From NCBI GenBank assembly GCA_051294375.1, contig CM119269.1:7062430-7126429 (forward strand): a stretch of DNA of 64,000 nucleotides, written 5' to 3'. The notes below the pieces were generated by a model. The model did not search any database and was not told the DNA's origin. It saw only the letters and a list, made by a program, of their open reading frames with translations. Source of the DNA: Paraspadella gotoi. Taxonomy: Eukaryota; Animalia; Chaetognatha. Below, one piece after another: positions 1 through 13,264 of this stretch. The translations under genes were made by a program, and so were the position numbers. Each line of letters begins with the position of its first letter. Within the stretch, counting starts at the first letter, position 1.

Positions 1-138
1 TTTTAAAATGTTTTTTTTCTTATTTTTGAAAGCAGATTCGAATTCCTAACGAAAAGTTGATAAAAGGAAATATAACACTTTTTAGAAAATTATTTCATTA
101 AGTGGGTCAAAATCCTAAAAAACTGTTATCGTTAACTT
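1..138. mobile_element. Left arm of a second copy of the same foldback MITE family, interrupted by the LTR element
   Basis: Matches 1580-1700 (gcagatt.gaattc, aaaagttgataaaag, ttcattaagtggg). Confidence 0.6.
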
Positions 139-220
139 TGTGGAGGACACTTTACCGAGCCACAGGCCATTCACTTTGGCCGAAGATATTGATGTGAAAT
201 GTCCTCCCTCTCTCTCTCTA

Positions 221-264
<44 letters not shown>

Positions 265-949
265 TCTCTCTCTCTCTCTCTTTGTACACTTGACCAGTTA
301 TTATTATCTTTCCCTCGATTATGCTCTAAGGTCATTGTTTACTTCATTGCCAAATATCTTCTGTAAATAGACTCTCAATCCCGCTCATTACAAGTCGCTT
401 ATCAATTATTTCTATGTCTCTTTATTCGTGAGCCCTTCTCGTAAACATGCAACCTTTTCATTCTCAACTCCCACGCTGCGCTGCCCTTCTACTGACCAAG
501 CGCCACTCAAGCTCACAGTCGCTACCCTTGCAACTGGCCCTTTCATCTACAAAGAGACTCCTTGCGACGAAATATTTTTTCAAATTCGAGATTAGCAAAA
601 TGGGGAAAAAAGAATAAAAAAACGTCTGCCCTTGAAATTCAAAATGTCGGAGCTCCTTCACCGCCGACAAATAATAATAATAATTCTCTTCCACTCCCAA
701 ACTACCAAAAACTCGAGCCGATTATCACTGCCATAAACTCAGAAGTCAAGCTGATCTATGCTTGGAAAAGTTGGTTTAATGAACTTGAAAAACTCGGAGA
801 AAAAGACCCCTTTCCCCCTTTTCCTGAACTTCCAAAGCCTCTCGAAGTTTTGTCATCGTTTCTCACCGCGACCACGCCCATCAAGATGGCTCAACGCAAA
901 CTCTGAACCTTTAAGAAAAAGGGTCATTCAAATCAACTTCAAATAACCC

Positions 950-1421
950 AAAATGGAGTACAAATTCAGAAAGCTGAGCTCCTGGCAATTCAGAAAATGT
1001 ATTCACTTTAAACATTTGATGCATTCTACCCCATTTTATATCGGTTTTAATTATAATCCCTTAGCTAATTACTTATTTATTCACTAGTTAAATGTTAAAT
1101 TTCACCAATGTTAGTTTTCAAACTCCTTATCTTTGTTGTACATTGCAAAAATGTATCTTTATTATTTATTTATCCCTGTTGTTTTGTTTCTCTCTCTCAC
1201 TCTCTCTCACTCTCTCTCTTTAACAAGTTTCACTTCTTTTCACAACTCACTCAATCTGCCCTCACCTTCAACCTGTCCTCACATCTGACCACTATTCTGT
1301 CTTACCACTTTGTTGGAAAACTTTTACCCTCTCTCTCACACTCTTCTTTTGCACAAAATTTATTATTGAATGTCATATGCTGATGAAGGCTTGAAGTAAA
1401 CAAGCCGAAACATGTCCAATA
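950..1421 (+). mobile_element. Penelope-like element 3' fragment (pLTR) ending in a hammerhead motif
   Basis: 1040-1420 is similar to 16090-16540 (shared ctttgttgta, aacctgtcc..atctgaccact, cactttgttggaa, CT tract, then CTGATGA core). The 16 kb copy lies downstream of a GIY-YIG remnant. Confidence 0.55.
1375..1421 (+). ncRNA. Minimal type I hammerhead ribozyme motif (Penelope-type)
   Basis: CTGATGA-A-[GGCTTG aagtaaa CAAGCC]-GAAA-CATGTC has both core boxes, a 6 bp stem II, and a palindromic ACATGT stem III with a GUC site. Stem I is weak (2 bp). Confidence 0.75.
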
Positions 1422-1422
1422 A

Positions 1423-2022
1423 GGCGTAGTGAAAGTTACATACAAAAATTCTAAAAGTCAATTATGAACAACATATTATCATTGAACATTAATTTGTAAA
1501 AAATTAATTTTATATTTTTTTAATTTTCGCAGTAGGCTATATTTATATATAGTACTATCCTTATAAAATCGAAAATTTCAAAATAGGCTTTCTTATTTTT
1601 GATTGCAGATTTGAATTCATCAAAAGTTGATAAAAGAAAATATAAATCATTTTTAAAAATTCTTTCATTAAGTGGGTTAAAAATAAAAAAACTATATTTA
1701 ATATATAAAAGTTTAATTTTCAGTTTAAAATATAGCTTTTTTTAATTTTTGACCCACTTAATGAAGGAATTTTTCAAAAAGAGTTATATTTCTTTTTATC
1801 AACTTTTTATGACGAATCCAAATCTGCAAAAAAATATTAAAAAAAAACTGTTTTGAAATTTTAACATTTATTGGTTTAGTACTAGTATAAATATGGCCTA
1901 CTGCGTAAATTGTAAAATTTATTATATATTTTTTTATTACATAAATGTTTATGTGTATAATGTTGTTCGTTCTTCACTTTTAGAATTTTAATTAAAGTTA
2001 AATTTAGAAATTTTATTACGCC
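1423..2022. mobile_element. ~600 bp foldback MITE, possibly Kolobok-like
   Basis: Imperfect ~290 bp inverted arms (e.g. cgcagtaggc/gcctactgcg, cattaagtggg/cccacttaatg, aaaagttgataaaa/ttttatcaacttt). Termini are (a)taa-GGCGTA and TACGCC-ttaa. Confidence 0.65.
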
Positions 2023-3426
2023 TTAATGTCCAACTATTAATTAAAAATCGTTGTTAAAAATTCAAAATTCTTGAGTTGCAAGTTAAACGAAAAGGCCAAT
2101 CCATCTGATATTTTTTATGAATTTTTTATTACTGAATTAGAAAAATGTAATAGAGAGACATTTTTAAATTTCTTTGAAAATGAAATGTTTTTAAACTTTA
2201 ACCTGAATTCTTTCTAACTGGAACGCGTTTATCAAAATGTCTCTCTATTACATTTTTACAAATGTTTTTAAGATTGCTAATCAAATTTTTAAATCAATAT
2301 TATTGCAGTCGTTTAGGCCGCAACTCTTCAAATTCAGTGTAGATTCATTGTAGCTCAAATTTCTTTACCATCTATTTAACTGAAGATTTTGTTCATGACT
2401 GGAAAACCAACGGAGTAACGAGATTAATTGTTTAATTCTCCCCTTCTAAATTATCCCTTACCGTGTTTTAACTTCTTACCTAGAATTTTTTAACAACCAG
2501 ATTGAAAAACAAATCTTTAAAAATGTGCTTACCCATTTAAAAAAATGATTGAAAACAGATTTTTTTACATAAATAAAAACTTATTTTTATGTGATTACTA
2601 ATGACTACAATGTATTTCTCGATATATTAGCTCTAATACATCAATGATTACGTATTGTTATGCTGAATGACCTTTCTCTTAAATGAGAAATTCACTCAGA
2701 CGACACAAATTTGTGCCATACAGGATTGCAAACAGATCCAGTTTCCAATCCTTCTCCCGACTCGTCTCCTGACCCATCTCCCAACCAATCTCCAAAACCA
2801 TCTTCTAACCGATCTCCTGACCTTTCTCCTGATCCATCTCCAAATCTGTCTCCCGATTATCTAAAACTAAACAACAAAGTCGAGATTTTAAAATCCAAGT
2901 TTGACGTTCTACGTGAAGAAATAAATTCTCTCCCTATAGCCCGCTATGTTCCCCCACACCGCCGAACTTTTCAACCCCAAGTCCAACATACTTCATGGCG
3001 TCGCAAAAATCCTGCTCCTCTAATTCCACGACTCCTGGACCTCAAGCTCGAGCCCTTAAGTTGTTGGAATTGCAGAATTTCCCGACGCTCGTCTCCAAAA
3101 GATTTTCTTCTCCCTCCCAGACAAACAGATCAGGTACACCTTCTTCCCGTGGCGTGCCTAGGGGGGGGATGTGTGGAGGACCCTTCACCGAGCCACAGGC
3201 CATCCACTTTGGCCGAAAATATTGATGTGAAATGTCCTCCCTCTCTCTCTCTCTCTCACTCTCTCTCACTCTCTCTCTTTGAACACTTGACCAGTTATTA
3301 TTATCTTTCCCTCGATTATGCTCTAAGGTCATTGTTTACTTCATTGCCAAATATCTTCTGTAAATAGACTCTCGAATCCCTCTCATTACAAGTCGCTTAC
3401 CAATTATTTCTATGTCTCTTTAACTT

Positions 3427-3755
3427 ATAATTTAATTTTATACGTACACGTATAAAAAATATAGTTTTTTAATTTTTAGCTAATTTAATATAATAATTTT
3501 TGGATCATCATATTTTATATAATATAACTAACTTTTCATGAGAATCTCCGAATCTGCTTTCAAAACCTAAAAATAAAAACTTTTTTCTAAATTTTGACAT
3601 CTTCCATTGTACAGTATAAATAATGGCCGGCATGAAAACATTTAGAAATATCCACAAAACTTTTTTTCTATATATCAAAAAATGTTGTTTAGTACAACAC
3701 TTTCATATGAACAACTATTAAAATTTTGAATCTGCACAACTTTCCACTACCCTTA
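3427..3755. mobile_element. Right arm of the interrupted foldback MITE
   Basis: Resembles 1725-2022. It ends cactaccctta here and cactacgcctta in the duplicate near 28430. Confidence 0.5.
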
Positions 3756-5504
3756 TTATATGTACATATATATGTTCTTTTCGTAATCGCCTATCCACCA
3801 TTGCATTTTTGCTTTTGTATATACAAATGGCAATCCACAAGTCAACTATAGCACTGGTCCGCTGTTCTGTGCGCCCTAAGACTAATTACCACCTGTATGC
3901 AAGACTCAAAAGTTTAATTGCCAATGTTACACATCACATGGATGTGCGGAAGTTTTAATACCTAATATTTATATTACCATTAGTCCCATTTCTCCTTTCA
4001 CATCTATACTTTTTTAAAAAACTCGCTAAGCGCAAAAGAAGAAAAAAAACAACAAGAACCAGTGTGGATCACTCCGATCCTCGATTCCTTAACGCGCGAA
4101 TCTTGCGTCGGACGAGACCGACTTCAGAAGGACCGTCACGCCTAGTCAATACCATGATCTTTCCCGCATACACAATCTTTTCATTGCCTTCTCTAGTCTG
4201 TTTAGTTGACTTCCAAACTTTCTCAGACTTCCGAAATCGATTCCATTCAATTAGACTTTCTCGGCGAAAGCAATCGGCGAAAATTAGATGACAGAGAAGT
4301 TCGCACCTGAACTCATCTTGCCCATCCGAGCATAATTGTCGTCTTCCGCTAATCAACAACTTTAGGAAGGATAAAATGGCATTATGTATATACCGTATGA
4401 ACTTTGACTAAATTGTAAGGAGAAATTCTGTCACAGACCTTGAGTCGATGGTAGCAATAGCTCGCAAGAAGAATACTTAAAAAGCTAAATAAATTTCTGG
4501 TTTAAAGCTTTAATCTGTATCCAGAATCCATCAAAAAATTTTAAGATATCAAAAATGTTTTTTTTTCTTATATATATATTAATAATTTTAATTAGGCTAG
4601 TAACTCGACTCAAACGAATACGACATTGACAAAAAATAATTACTATCAATATCTAATGCTACATGCATAGATTATTTAATGCCTGTATACTTAGCATTTA
4701 TATTCTCACCGCCATATGGCTATACTATATCTATTTTTTGGAAAACAAAGAGAGCATCAATAATCTTAATAATTCATATGCGAATCCAACTTTCGCTTAA
4801 CAAAAAGTCACTGCCTCATGAAGCTCTTTATTGGCTTCAGACTAATTTAGAAGCGTGAAGTGAGCACAAGGGAAATAAACATTTTAACTTAAAATATAAT
4901 TGTCCTGTATTCAATTCTTAACGATCATGATGAACATTATTTCTTGTATTTTTCACATTTTAGAATATTTAAACTTGTCCAAAACCCATTTTTTTATAAT
5001 GAACGTGGGAAAAGAGTGCAAGACACTTATATTTATATCCCATTAAGCCTTCTTAAATTTTTTAAAAAAATTTCTTGCTCTTTCTACGGATGTGTGTTAA
5101 TAGAAGAAATATTATGCAAACTAACCCCTTTAATGACAAGTAAATCACTGGCCAATGTGCAACATCCTCATCGCCACTGTCCAAGTTCACAAAAAAATTT
5201 TTTGTATATAAATTTTTAAAATTTTTTTCCTTGAATAAATTACTTGGTTTACACTTTCGTACAACCAGACTCAAGATTTTTTTTTGTAGTAAAAACAAAA
5301 GTTATTTATATATTCTAGTTGCCTAAAAATCCTAGCTTAATTTAATCAAATTGCAAAAAATAAAATTTTAAATATATTTTTTCAAAATATCTGACCTATT
5401 ACAACTATATTGATTGAACCAATTATTGTTTATATAGATGTAAATACAAAAACTGGGAAAGACCCTAAATTAAAATGGTAAAAATAATTTAATTATTCAA
5501 TCTA

Positions 5505-6323
5505 CAAACTAAGTTGTAGTTCATGCAAACGTGATGTCGCCGGCGATATCACGCACGAGTCGCAGGTGTGGTTCTAATTGGGTATGCAGACTATCGTCAT
5601 AATAGCGATATCGCCAAGGGCCCTGGCGATGTCCGCCAGTCCAACTGGCGGACTCGCCAGTGATAAACCAGTAGCCGCATATAATCAACCGCGCAGCTAC
5701 ACGGGGATCGATCATACGGGCTCTCTCACCATAACCTAAACCAGACCTCGTTACTCTGTTCTCCCCTAACCTAACCGGGCCCGGCGGCTCTGTACATCTT
5801 CGTGCCTAACCCCTAACCTAACCGCCTCGACTGCATCAACCAATGGGCCCCTCCCCCAACCATATCCCTAACCGAGCCTCCTGTTCAAATTCCAGCCTCC
5901 CCCTAACCACTAACCCAGGCCCGGCCTCCCGTACACTCTCCGTCCAGCCAACCCTACACCCCTAATGCGTCTTCGATATATCACCCACGGGCCTCTCTCC
6001 AATCCTAAACCCTACAACCGGCCCCCCAAAGGCTTCAAGGTAACAATCTCCGTGCCTCAACCCTAATACCCTAATGTCCCTCGCCAGTACCTCCCTAAAG
6101 CCCTAATCCTAACGCCGGGCCCTCCTGTCATCCGACACCCTCCCTATCCCCTATCCTAAAATTGACAATTAATATTAGCCTAAAAATCAAACTTAATTCA
6201 ACTAACCCTAAAACTTACTCAACCTAGCCCTAAACTAACTCACTAACCATAACTACACCCAACTCAACCCAACGCTACCTAAAACCAACTTCAACCTACC
6301 CTCAACATCTCAACCCTAACACT
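5505..6323 (+). repeat. Palindrome-rich GC head (5505-5710) followed by a composite CCCTAA array
   Basis: The head ctaagttgtagttca..gtcgccggcgat..gagtcgcaggtgtggttctaa recurs at ~25415, ~30270 and ~31920. It is followed by (CCCTAA)2-like blocks separated by 25-35 nt C-rich spacers. Confidence 0.75.
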
Positions 6324-6507
6324 AATCTGAGTTAGTTTAGGCAAAATCGCCATAAAACTAAGAACGCTAGATGTACGTTCACAGCTAAAACGCCAAATGG
6401 CGGGGCGTCATTGGCTAAGTCACGAATTTGGGTCGATTTTCGCACATGACCAAACATCTCCTGCGTTCTAGTCTATCGGCGATTCTCGCCTAAACTAAAC
6501 TCAGATT
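6324..6507. repeat. ~185 bp inverted repeat (hairpin or MITE-like)
   Basis: aatctgagttagtttaggc..aatcgcc..agaacgc..agatgt is mirrored by acatct..gcgttctag..ggcgatt..gcctaaactaaactcagatt. One arm alone recurs at 17764-17838. Confidence 0.7.
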
Positions 6508-7014
6508 GTAAAATTTATTATAAATCTTTTTTTTACACTATAATGTATAATGTGTTCGTTTTCTCAACTTTTAGACTTTTATTTAAAGTTAAATTTAGAA
6601 ACTTTTACACGGCCTTAGTCCCGAAAGGTTAGGTACCGGGCTTGGGCATTCGAAACGCAGAATCGGCTTCCTACTCCAATGACACCGGTCATCGACTGAA
6701 GGTGTCATGCCCACAGGCGGGGTGAACTTGGGCACGCCCGACTACAATTTGTGACTACCTTAATCACATGTATTTCTCATATGTCATGACATGACATACA
6801 ATGACATGACAAGAATACATGACTACAATAAACCTCCTTAAGCCCGTGTATTTTGACATGGCACATGCACTCAAAATTCCGTCTTTATTCGCTTTATAGG
6901 TATTAGGATTTCCTGAAGGCGACGCAAAGCAGTCCCTAAGATTTGAGTTTATTGTTTGTCTTACCAAATGAGCCAACCAACTATAGTGAAATATTGCATT
7001 TTTAACGTAAGTGG

Positions 7015-7110
7015 GACAAACGACCGACGGAACAGATATACCGACCGATGAGCCGACCCAAAAGTGACTTATAGAGTTGCTTCGGCGAGTAATCGCGGCG
7101 CACTAAAAAA
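7015..7110 (-). mobile_element. End of a DINE-1/Helentron-like element
   Basis: (GACC)n-like tract, aaagtgacttatagagt, a degenerate hairpin and ctaaaaa, in the same layout as 57478-57543. Confidence 0.45.
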
Positions 7111-10100
7111 ACTACAGACCCAACAGGAAGATAAACATTAAACAGTACTTTGACGCGGAAGATTCTCGACAACGACGACGAACGACGAAACGACAAAGAG
7201 AGACGGCTACATTGAACGACACGAGCTTTCATTCATTTGTTCATAATATTTTCCAGAAAAAGTAAAAAAACAAACACCTAATTTTTTTGTAAATAAGAAA
7301 AAAAATATTCAAAATTCATGCAGACCATTTTCAAAATTTACTATAAAAAAATAATTGAATTCGCTCATTAGCATGAGGAAATGTTCGATAACTAAAATCT
7401 TACAAAGCAAATGCTGAACAAATTCTAGAAAAATGCAGTAAGAAAGTTTGAATTTTACTCAGATTTGTAATTCTGAAAAAGACAGGTAAGTCCTTCAAAA
7501 TAAAGTTATAAATTTTTCTGGTTCTTGGATTGTCTAATAAAAGTTATCTTGTCATAGAATCTTAACTATTGTTAATAATATTTATTTAATACTTTCTCTT
7601 TATATTACCTAGCACCGTGGAAGTACTTTACCTGTATAATATAGTATAATTATACAAAATTTATTTTAAGAAATGCATAAGTCCAGATTTGGATTTGGTT
7701 TTTTCTCATCATCCTTTCTCAATTTGTCGTGGACTTTTAATCACTGACATCAAAAAACTTGATCGATCTTCAACTTTACAAATATATTTTCTAGAGTTTT
7801 TTGGGTTGGATCATTATTTTGGGATTCAATGACTTTTCACACAATAACATCGGGTATTTTTCGCTCTTATTGTGAATCAATCAGGCACCGAGAGGAATTT
7901 CAAGGAATTTGGCTCAGGTTGGTGGAGCCAAAGTGGTGACCTTACTTTTTGCTCTTCCTTGGGTTTGGATTTTAGTCCGCCAGTCACTTATGATTCATTT
8001 TTTGGAATGCAAAAATGGGACGGGTTATAAATAAAAACAAAAAAACTTATTGGTGCCTTGATATGATTCAATGTCTGGTGAGAAAGCCTATTCCTCAGTC
8101 CATAATTCAAGGGGTATTTTATTTTCAACGCTTACCCTTGGATGACATGAAGAACAAAAATTTCCTCTTTTTTTAAATTTGAACAAAGAAAAGAAAATTC
8201 CTGCAATCATTCGTACAAAGAGACTGTCTGGATTTATTCACCACACATTGAATAACTAAATAATTAAATAATCTCTAAATCTTGAATTGCCAGTAAAAAA
8301 AATCATTAAAATCAATTTCAAAAGTAAAATCAAAAGATTATTTAAAATTCGGTCCAGTTATATTAGTAGCCGTAATTCACGTCCGTAGTTGACTATAGGC
8401 CAACAAAAATATTTTGTGCAATTACATTGTAATGTTCATAGTAGAAAGGGCAGAATGAACCTTTATCTTTAAGGTTGGTAACGCGGATTAGAATGAATAA
8501 TTAAATTTCGTAAAAAGACCTCAGCAAAGATAACAAGGAATTCAAGAAAGATAAGAGAGAAAGAAAAAGAGAAAGAAAGGAGAGAAAAAGAAAGAAAAAT
8601 CTTTAAAAGCATAAGGATCGAGCCAGCTTCGAATAGTTAAACGCAAATATTGATGCGAATGATAACCAAATATTGATGCGAGATAACCAAATATTGACGG
8701 CGATGATAACCAACTAATTGATGCGATGATAACAAAATGGACTGATGTGATGATAATCAAAATGATTTGAAGCGTATATAGTCATTTATTGATATCAATG
8801 AATAATCATTCATTGATACGAGCTAGTCATGTCATTGGAATGCGATGATAGTAATATCATTGACGGCGATGAATCATTCATCGTAAAATAACACAAACAA
8901 ATGCGTGTATGAGTGAAAGAGAGAGAGAGAGAGCAGAGAGAGAGAGAAGGCTGACAGTTTTCGCGCCGCCAACAGAAGACGAATTTATTAGGTCTCTCTC
9001 GTTTATATAAAAAATAATTCCAGAATTTTTAAGGAAAAAAGTAATGTTTAATTTGAACTATAATTCTCTCTCAACTCCCTATTATCAGATATAATTTGCC
9101 AATAGTGGGCCCAACCGTCCAAAGTTACAAATAATACATAAAAACGTGATGCATGCAATTATATTACAGCGATAGTGGCCGCATATATAATAGGTCCAAT
9201 TAGCTTGATTACATGTGACAATGCATGTCATTATAAGTTTATTCTTCACTTTTTTTAAAAATTATTCACGGAAATCTCGATGTAAAATTTGTGCATTTTG
9301 GGTATGAGAAAAAAGCCCCTGAATAAATGGCGATAATAAAAGTTTTTAAGAAGGAAAAAACCATAATCATAATTTTTTCCAAAAAAGAAATCGATCACGC
9401 AAGAGAAGAGAGAGCCGGAACTAGTTTACTCGTATTACCCGCTCGTCGCCTAGTGACGGTGGTGAAAAAAAAAGTGAATAAAATTTTTTTTGGTAAAAAA
9501 AGAGAGAGAGTAGAGAGAGAGAGAGAACGAGAAACGCGCTTATTAGGTCATGCGCTTCCTTGACATTGTTTACTCGTTGCCCTTTATCGCAATCGGCCGA
9601 CGACAAATCCAGGTCAAATCCAGGAAAAGAGATATAAAAAGCGTGGAATAATATTGGTGATAATAAAAGTTTTTTAGAAAGGAAGAAAAATAATCAGAGA
9701 GAGAGAGAGAGAAGAGAGAGAGAGAAAGAAAAGAAAAACCGAATTTCTTTCAATTAATACTCCGGTTTATCGTTGCCTCTCGCAAGGCGGCGTGATCTCG
9801 GTCAAAGTTGATCTTTTATAACACGTAACGTTTTTCCGTTGCCATCAAAACTGCGTTTTAGGTCATGTTCCTTGACATTGTTTACCTGTTCCCTCAACGG
9901 TCCACAGAAGTCCATGGTTCAAGGAACTAAACAGATGTTATTGCTATATTCACATTTTCTCATAAAAACAAACGCAAAATCCAGATATAAAATTATTGGG
10001 ATTTTGTAATTGAAAAAAAGCGAGTCGGAAAATAATGGCCGATAAATAAAAGTTTTAGAAAGGAAATAAAATAATCAGATTTTTCAAAAAACGAAACGAT

Positions 10101-13100
10101 CACGTAGGACTAAGCTCTGACAAACAAGGCCAGCAGGTTTTTATTTAATATACTTCTATACCGGCCAAGGTAGAAGATGGCAAAATATTGTTTAATTATT
10201 AAGTTCAAAAAAAATCCTACCATAAAAATATCAGAAAATATCAACCAAAATCTTTCGGAAAAGTCACCCCTTCTTTGGAAGATGTTTGCCATATTGGAAG
10301 AATGTTTTACTGATCTGACTCCCTAGGTTGAAAACTTCTTATTTGAATTCCCGATCGTATAGCTCCTCTTTTTACTTTTAACTTTAAATAAAAATTTCAC
10401 ACAAAATGGACTAATATCACTTTCCCATGGTATGCGTATTCATACATAAATCGCATTCTCGATATGGACGTAGTCACGAATAAAGCTAGACCATAAATAA
10501 ATAAGTCCGCCGTAGATGGATATAAATTTTTGAGAGCCTTCAGACATAGGTATGGCATTCACCCTCGCTGACGCGTATGTCACCTCGTAATTTGAAGTTT
10601 ATTTGTAAATTCACAACATATGTTAAATGTCGTGATCATTGTATTGAAGTTGAAGCAAAGGTCCTATATTGTTTTACAAGTAGATAGAGAAATTGCATAA
10701 TCGAAAATATTGATGTCGCGAGCGGACCAGTTCCATTTAGAAGTCTGATGGTTTTGATGTCAAAATGATGGTTAGTTTTGTCAAAGAAGAAAAAAAAAAT
10801 GCGAGCCCTTCAGATCAACCGGAATTCGGAATCGAGTGTTTACATCTATTTTTACCTGATTTTTCCAGCGGGCGTTGTTATCATTATTTGTAGTCAGATT
10901 TAACCGAAAAATCTCCATTTGAAAAAGTCTTCCTCTGATTTCTAAAGAACGACATAGACTCCTAGACTCACGCAAGGAAGATCGTAAGAGAGAAAGAGAC
11001 AGAAAGAGAGAGAGAGAGAGACAAAGAGAGACAAAGCTGGACAGCTGCTGGAAGGCCGGGGCTGTAAAGTCAACTGCAAGAGTCCTGAACTCGTCTATTT
11101 CTAAAAAGAAATATAATAATATACATTTAAAGAAATAAAAAGAAAGGCAAATCTGTTACAATTGTTTACAATTGGAAAATTGTTCCAATTTTTTTCCAAT
11201 TTCGCAGCTTGTAAAAGATTTTTTTTTATTTGTATTAAAAATTAAAGATATAGCTTCTCATTAAGTATTTTGAGTTCCCATTTTTATTATAGGATTTAAA
11301 AATTTTTTTTTGAAATTTCATCTTCAAATATTATGATAATGCAATATGTAAATTAGATTAAAGCATTTCTATAGTACTAATTTGGATATTATAATGAGTA
11401 CTAAATAATCTCATTGCATATTGCAGTAAATCAAATGAAGTGGAAATTTAAACAAAAAACTTATCCTAATATATTAAAAATAATCAAAGCTATTTCAAGA
11501 TGTAAGGAAGCCATAATCTAAATTTTTTACTATACTATGATCGCACACTTTTGTAAAACTTTATCATAATTCATAATAATATTATTTTAAAAAAATGGTA
11601 AGTCCAACCCACCTATAAAAGACGTAGTAGTTTTTATATAAAAATAGCGTGACGCCGACGACGAACCGACGAACGACGTTACAAAAGAAAGGCAATACCT
11701 AAAACATTATAGAGCCCTGAACCGGCTCGGCCGGTCATGGCTCGATAAAAAAGAGAGATAGAAAGAATAAATGAAAGTGTGACTTTTTAAAAGAGTGAGA
11801 GGGTGACAGAAATCGTTCAAGAATTATCGATAAGGGAGAAAAAATGAAAGCAGAAAGATCAACTATGAGTGGAGCTATAACAGTGGTTGCAACGTTTGAC
11901 TAATTATAATAAATTTAGAATTGAAGTAAAAATTTGTTTTGTTGACGGACAATGAATTTTTTTTATTTTTACGTTTTTTTTCTCTGAAAATAAAACAATT
12001 GATAGCGCTGTCAAACAAAAAAAAAATAAATTAATTCTAATTTTTAACCGCGAAAAAAATAGCACGAAAGAACAATGTCTTATCAATAAAATTATAACAT
12101 CGATTTATAACTCATTTTTCACATAAGGAAAACACAGAAGTGAGCAGAAATCGAGAGCCTTCCAAAAATTTAAAGCTTTCGACTAAACAGAAGGAAGTAG
12201 GCGTGTTTTATTAAGGGAAGAAATAGGAAGGAGTTTTATTAGACATAGAACGCGTTAGGAATGATGATAATTAATGTACAGAAATATGTAGATTATGCAG
12301 AGGAGCAGGCAATAAACAATATAACAAATAGTCCATAAAGAGTTTGATGTTTGTTTCTTGAAGGTAAGTTGAAGAGTCCCCATCTAGTCCCCTCTCATCG
12401 TTTCTCTGCGTCGGTTTCCTGAGGGAAAGCCTCCTCTCTGATTGGCTCAACAGAAGACCAGTGGCGGCGCCAATACATGTAAATCCGCTTTCAAGGGCTT
12501 AAGCTGACTGTACTGGTGGAACTAATAATATTTGATACTTGAGAAAATTTTTTTAACTTGCATCAATTTTAGGATTAATAAAACCCGTAAGGTAAATGAG
12601 GAAATTGAATAAAATATGGGTTGTTGATTTAAAGAAGAAAAAGTGTAATGAAGTCTTAAAATAGAATATTGCTTGAATAGCCATAGTCAATGTCAGTTTG
12701 TGCGGGTAATAGTCATTGAAGGATTCGAATCCCAACAAATTCTAATCAAAGTACAGTGAAAAATAAACGCAACTCCCAATCAAAACCACCGCACAGGGCT
12801 CCAAAACTCTAGCGTTAGTTTAGTGTGAGTACATATCTATATGTTTAATACTATATATATGAAAAAGGTATGAGAAAAATTTTTTTAGATGAGCATTATT
12901 ATAACATTTTATAAAAGATAACATTTTAAAATACATAATTAAATATACGGAATATATTTAAATGCTGTACATTTTAAAGATTGTTAATCTATCATTAGGA
13001 GAGAGATGTGGACGCGATCCGGAAAAGCGTAAGCGAACACTGTTGAAGCGGCCGATTTTTGAAGAACCCGAAACCGGGAGGCGATAGAAAAAAATTTGAG

Positions 13101-13264
13101 AATAAAGGATTGAAACCCGGAAGCTAATAATAACCTCTGCGTGTTCGTCCTGGTCATATTGTTTTTTATTTGTTAGAAATGAAAGGTATTTAATGTTATT
13201 GCAAAATCTTGACTGCTCTTTCTTGATTTTTCTTTTAAAAATTTGTTTTAAATATTTATTTCAC

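Larger units (their letters stand above)
139..3422 (+). mobile_element. Non-autonomous or internally replaced LTR retroelement with ~250-285 bp LTRs (139-424 and 3172-3422)
   Basis: Near-identical direct repeats begin TGTGGAGGA and end TATGTCTCTTTA. A purine tract AGGGGGGGGATG lies immediately before the 3' copy. ACTT flanks both ends (135-138, 3423-3426) as a candidate TSD. No RT or integrase is visible inside, and there is no canonical PBS. Confidence 0.75.

Noticed and set aside
2711-3367. 218 aa ORF as a gene or gag
   Set aside because: It contains a 12 bp-period SPD repeat, runs through the PPT into the LTR, and shows no gag zinc knuckle or other domain.
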